Below, one piece after another: positions 62,130 to 64,000 of a stretch of 64,000 nucleotides of DNA. The notes beneath the pieces are model-generated. The model saw nothing but the letters and a program-made list of their open reading frames with translations, had not been told where the DNA came from and made no database searches. Source of the stretch: Mobula hypostoma (taxonomy: Eukaryota); NCBI RefSeq assembly GCF_963921235.1, contig NC_086109.1, forward strand, positions 7,752,001 through 7,816,000. The letters run 5' to 3'. Made by a program: the position numbers and the translations under genes. The stretch's first letter is position 1, and every line of letters begins with the position of its first letter.

Positions 62130-63060
62130 AGTTCAAAGCTCAACGTTAATTTTATTATCAGAGTACATACATGTAACCGCATACAATTTTTTTGTGGATG
62201 TACTCAGCAAACCTATAGAACAATAACTACAACAGAATCCGTGAAAGATCAACCAGAGTGCAGAAGATAGCGAACTGTGCAAATGGAAATATAAATAAAT
62301 AGCAATAAATAACGAGAACATGAGATAATGAGATAAAAGAATCCTTAAAGTGAGATCATCTCTGTGGGAGATGTTCCCACAGTGGATGGACAAATGAGTA
62401 ATGTAGCTATCCCCTTTTGTTCAAGAACCTGATTGACTGAACTGTTCTTGAACCTGGAGGCGCGAGTCCTGAGGCTCCTGTACCTTCTACCCGATGGCAG
62501 CAGTGAGAAGAGAGCGTGGCCTGGGAGGTGGGGATCTCTGACGATGGATCCTGCTTCCTTACGACAGAGTTTCATGTAGCTGTGCTCAATGGTTGGGAGG
62601 GTTTTCCCTGTGATGTACTGTGGCAACTCCATTATCTTTTGTAGGATTTTCTGTTCAAAGGCATTGGTGTTCCCTTACCAGGCCTTGATGCAGCCAGTCA
62701 GCACACTTTCCACTACACATCTAGAGAAGTTTGTCAAAGTCCTTCACGTCACGTTGAGTCTCTGCAGACTTCTAAGGAAGTAGAGGCACTGTCGAGCTTT
62801 CTTCACAATTGCAATTAAGTACTGGGTTCAGGGCAGGTCCTCTGAAATAGTAGCACCCAGGAATTTAAAGTTGTTTACCCTCTCCTCCTCTGATCCTCCG
62901 ATGATTACTGGCTCATGGATCTCTGGTTTCCCTCTCCTGAAGTTTACAATCAGTTCCTTGGTTTTGCTGACACTGAGCGAGAGGTTGTTGTTGTGACATC
63001 ACTCAGCCAAATTTTCAGTCTCCCTCCTGTATGCTGATTCATTACCCCCTTTGATACAGA
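62130..63060 (-). mobile_element. Rex1/Babar-like LINE 3' fragment
   Basis: IVRDPHLPGHALFSLLPSGRRYRSLRTRASRFKNS; upstream NNLSLSVSKTKELIV and FKFLG. Confidence 0.85.
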
Positions 63061-63564
63061 AAGACAATTAGTCCAGAGGTGCACACACCCCTCCACGCCC
63101 CCAACCACCTCGGCTTTATCATTTCCTGTCAGTCACCTTACGTACAGACACTCCTGTGCCCAGCGTCACTTTATGGATCAATCTCTGTCTAATGTATTTA
63201 TCTTTATTGTGTATTTTTATGATTGGGTTCTTTATCTTACTGTGTTTTTTTGTTGAGCTGCATCAGATCCGGAGTAACAATTATTTTGTTCTCTTTTACA
63301 CGATGTGTAACTGGAATTGACATTAAACAATCTTGAATGTTAAAAACAGCATTTCTGGCCCTAGACATTCGACCGGCATCCTCCTTTCATTTCCAGCTTG
63401 GTCTGAGTTCATTGGGACACGACCACCTTCAGCGGGGAAACGCTTTCTGGCTCCTTATACCCACATTTTGATCGGCAGACTGCAAAAGTCAGAGGTAAAA
63501 ATCAGGGGAGACAGCAATGTTTGGGGAGTTCAGGTTCGAGCTCTTCTCCAATCTTATGCCCCTC

Positions 63565-63950
63565 GCCTGGGCATCAGTGAAAGTCATGGCACAAGCAGAC
63601 ATGCAATGGGCAAGAGAATTCCCAGAAGCGTGGCTTTCCACAAACAATTCTATAAACGGACATGTAGACCTCGATCCCAGCTATAAGCCAATGCGGGCAA
63701 AACTCCAGATAACGCACAGAACTTGCCACACAACCAACCAGTGATGAGACGCCCCTCCCTACAACACAATTGAGCTTCTGTAGTAACGACCAATCAACTG
63801 ATTGATGTATATAAAAGCCAAGCATTCGGAGGACACACCACAAGTGAACAGTGCACTGATGAGCTCTCCTCGTATGGTGAAGAAACGGATTGCCAAAGTC
63901 AGAGGACAACTCAACCAAACCACCAACCACCTGAGCTGCACATTTCCAGT
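63565..63950 (+). mobile_element. Second PLE family: GIY-YIG C-terminus plus terminal repeat with degenerate hammerhead (63853-63893)
   Basis: WASVKVMAQA..AREFPEAWLSTNNSINGHVDLDPSYKP; TATATAAAA; gca-CTGATGA..GAAACG..tgc. Confidence 0.75.
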
Positions 63951-64000
63951 TCAAGTTCAAGTGTGTCCAATCAACCATCTACAAATATACAGCGGGAGGA

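Overview
Repeat-dominated, apparently non-genic (intronic or intergenic) vertebrate DNA. The repeat mix (CR1/HER1-like LINEs, HE1/V-SINE-like SINEs, Rex1/Babar, L1, Penelope-like elements) suggests a cartilaginous fish, probably a ray (inference). I found no convincing host exon. The only long intact ORF is a 5'-truncated CR1 ORF2 (20579-23353). The most interesting signal is a family of short palindromic Penelope-derived insertions with long TSDs that carry minimal hammerhead ribozyme motifs (CUGANGA/GAAA/GUC). Also notable: two L1-type insertions flanked by unusually long direct repeats (about 175 and 65 bp), a Nimb/I-clade LINE whose (GAA)n tail has expanded to about 870 bp, a G-quadruplex minisatellite, six solo LTRs, deleted Harbinger and Tc1 elements, and deep nesting. 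Coordinates were read by eye; boundaries of degenerate fragments are approximate.
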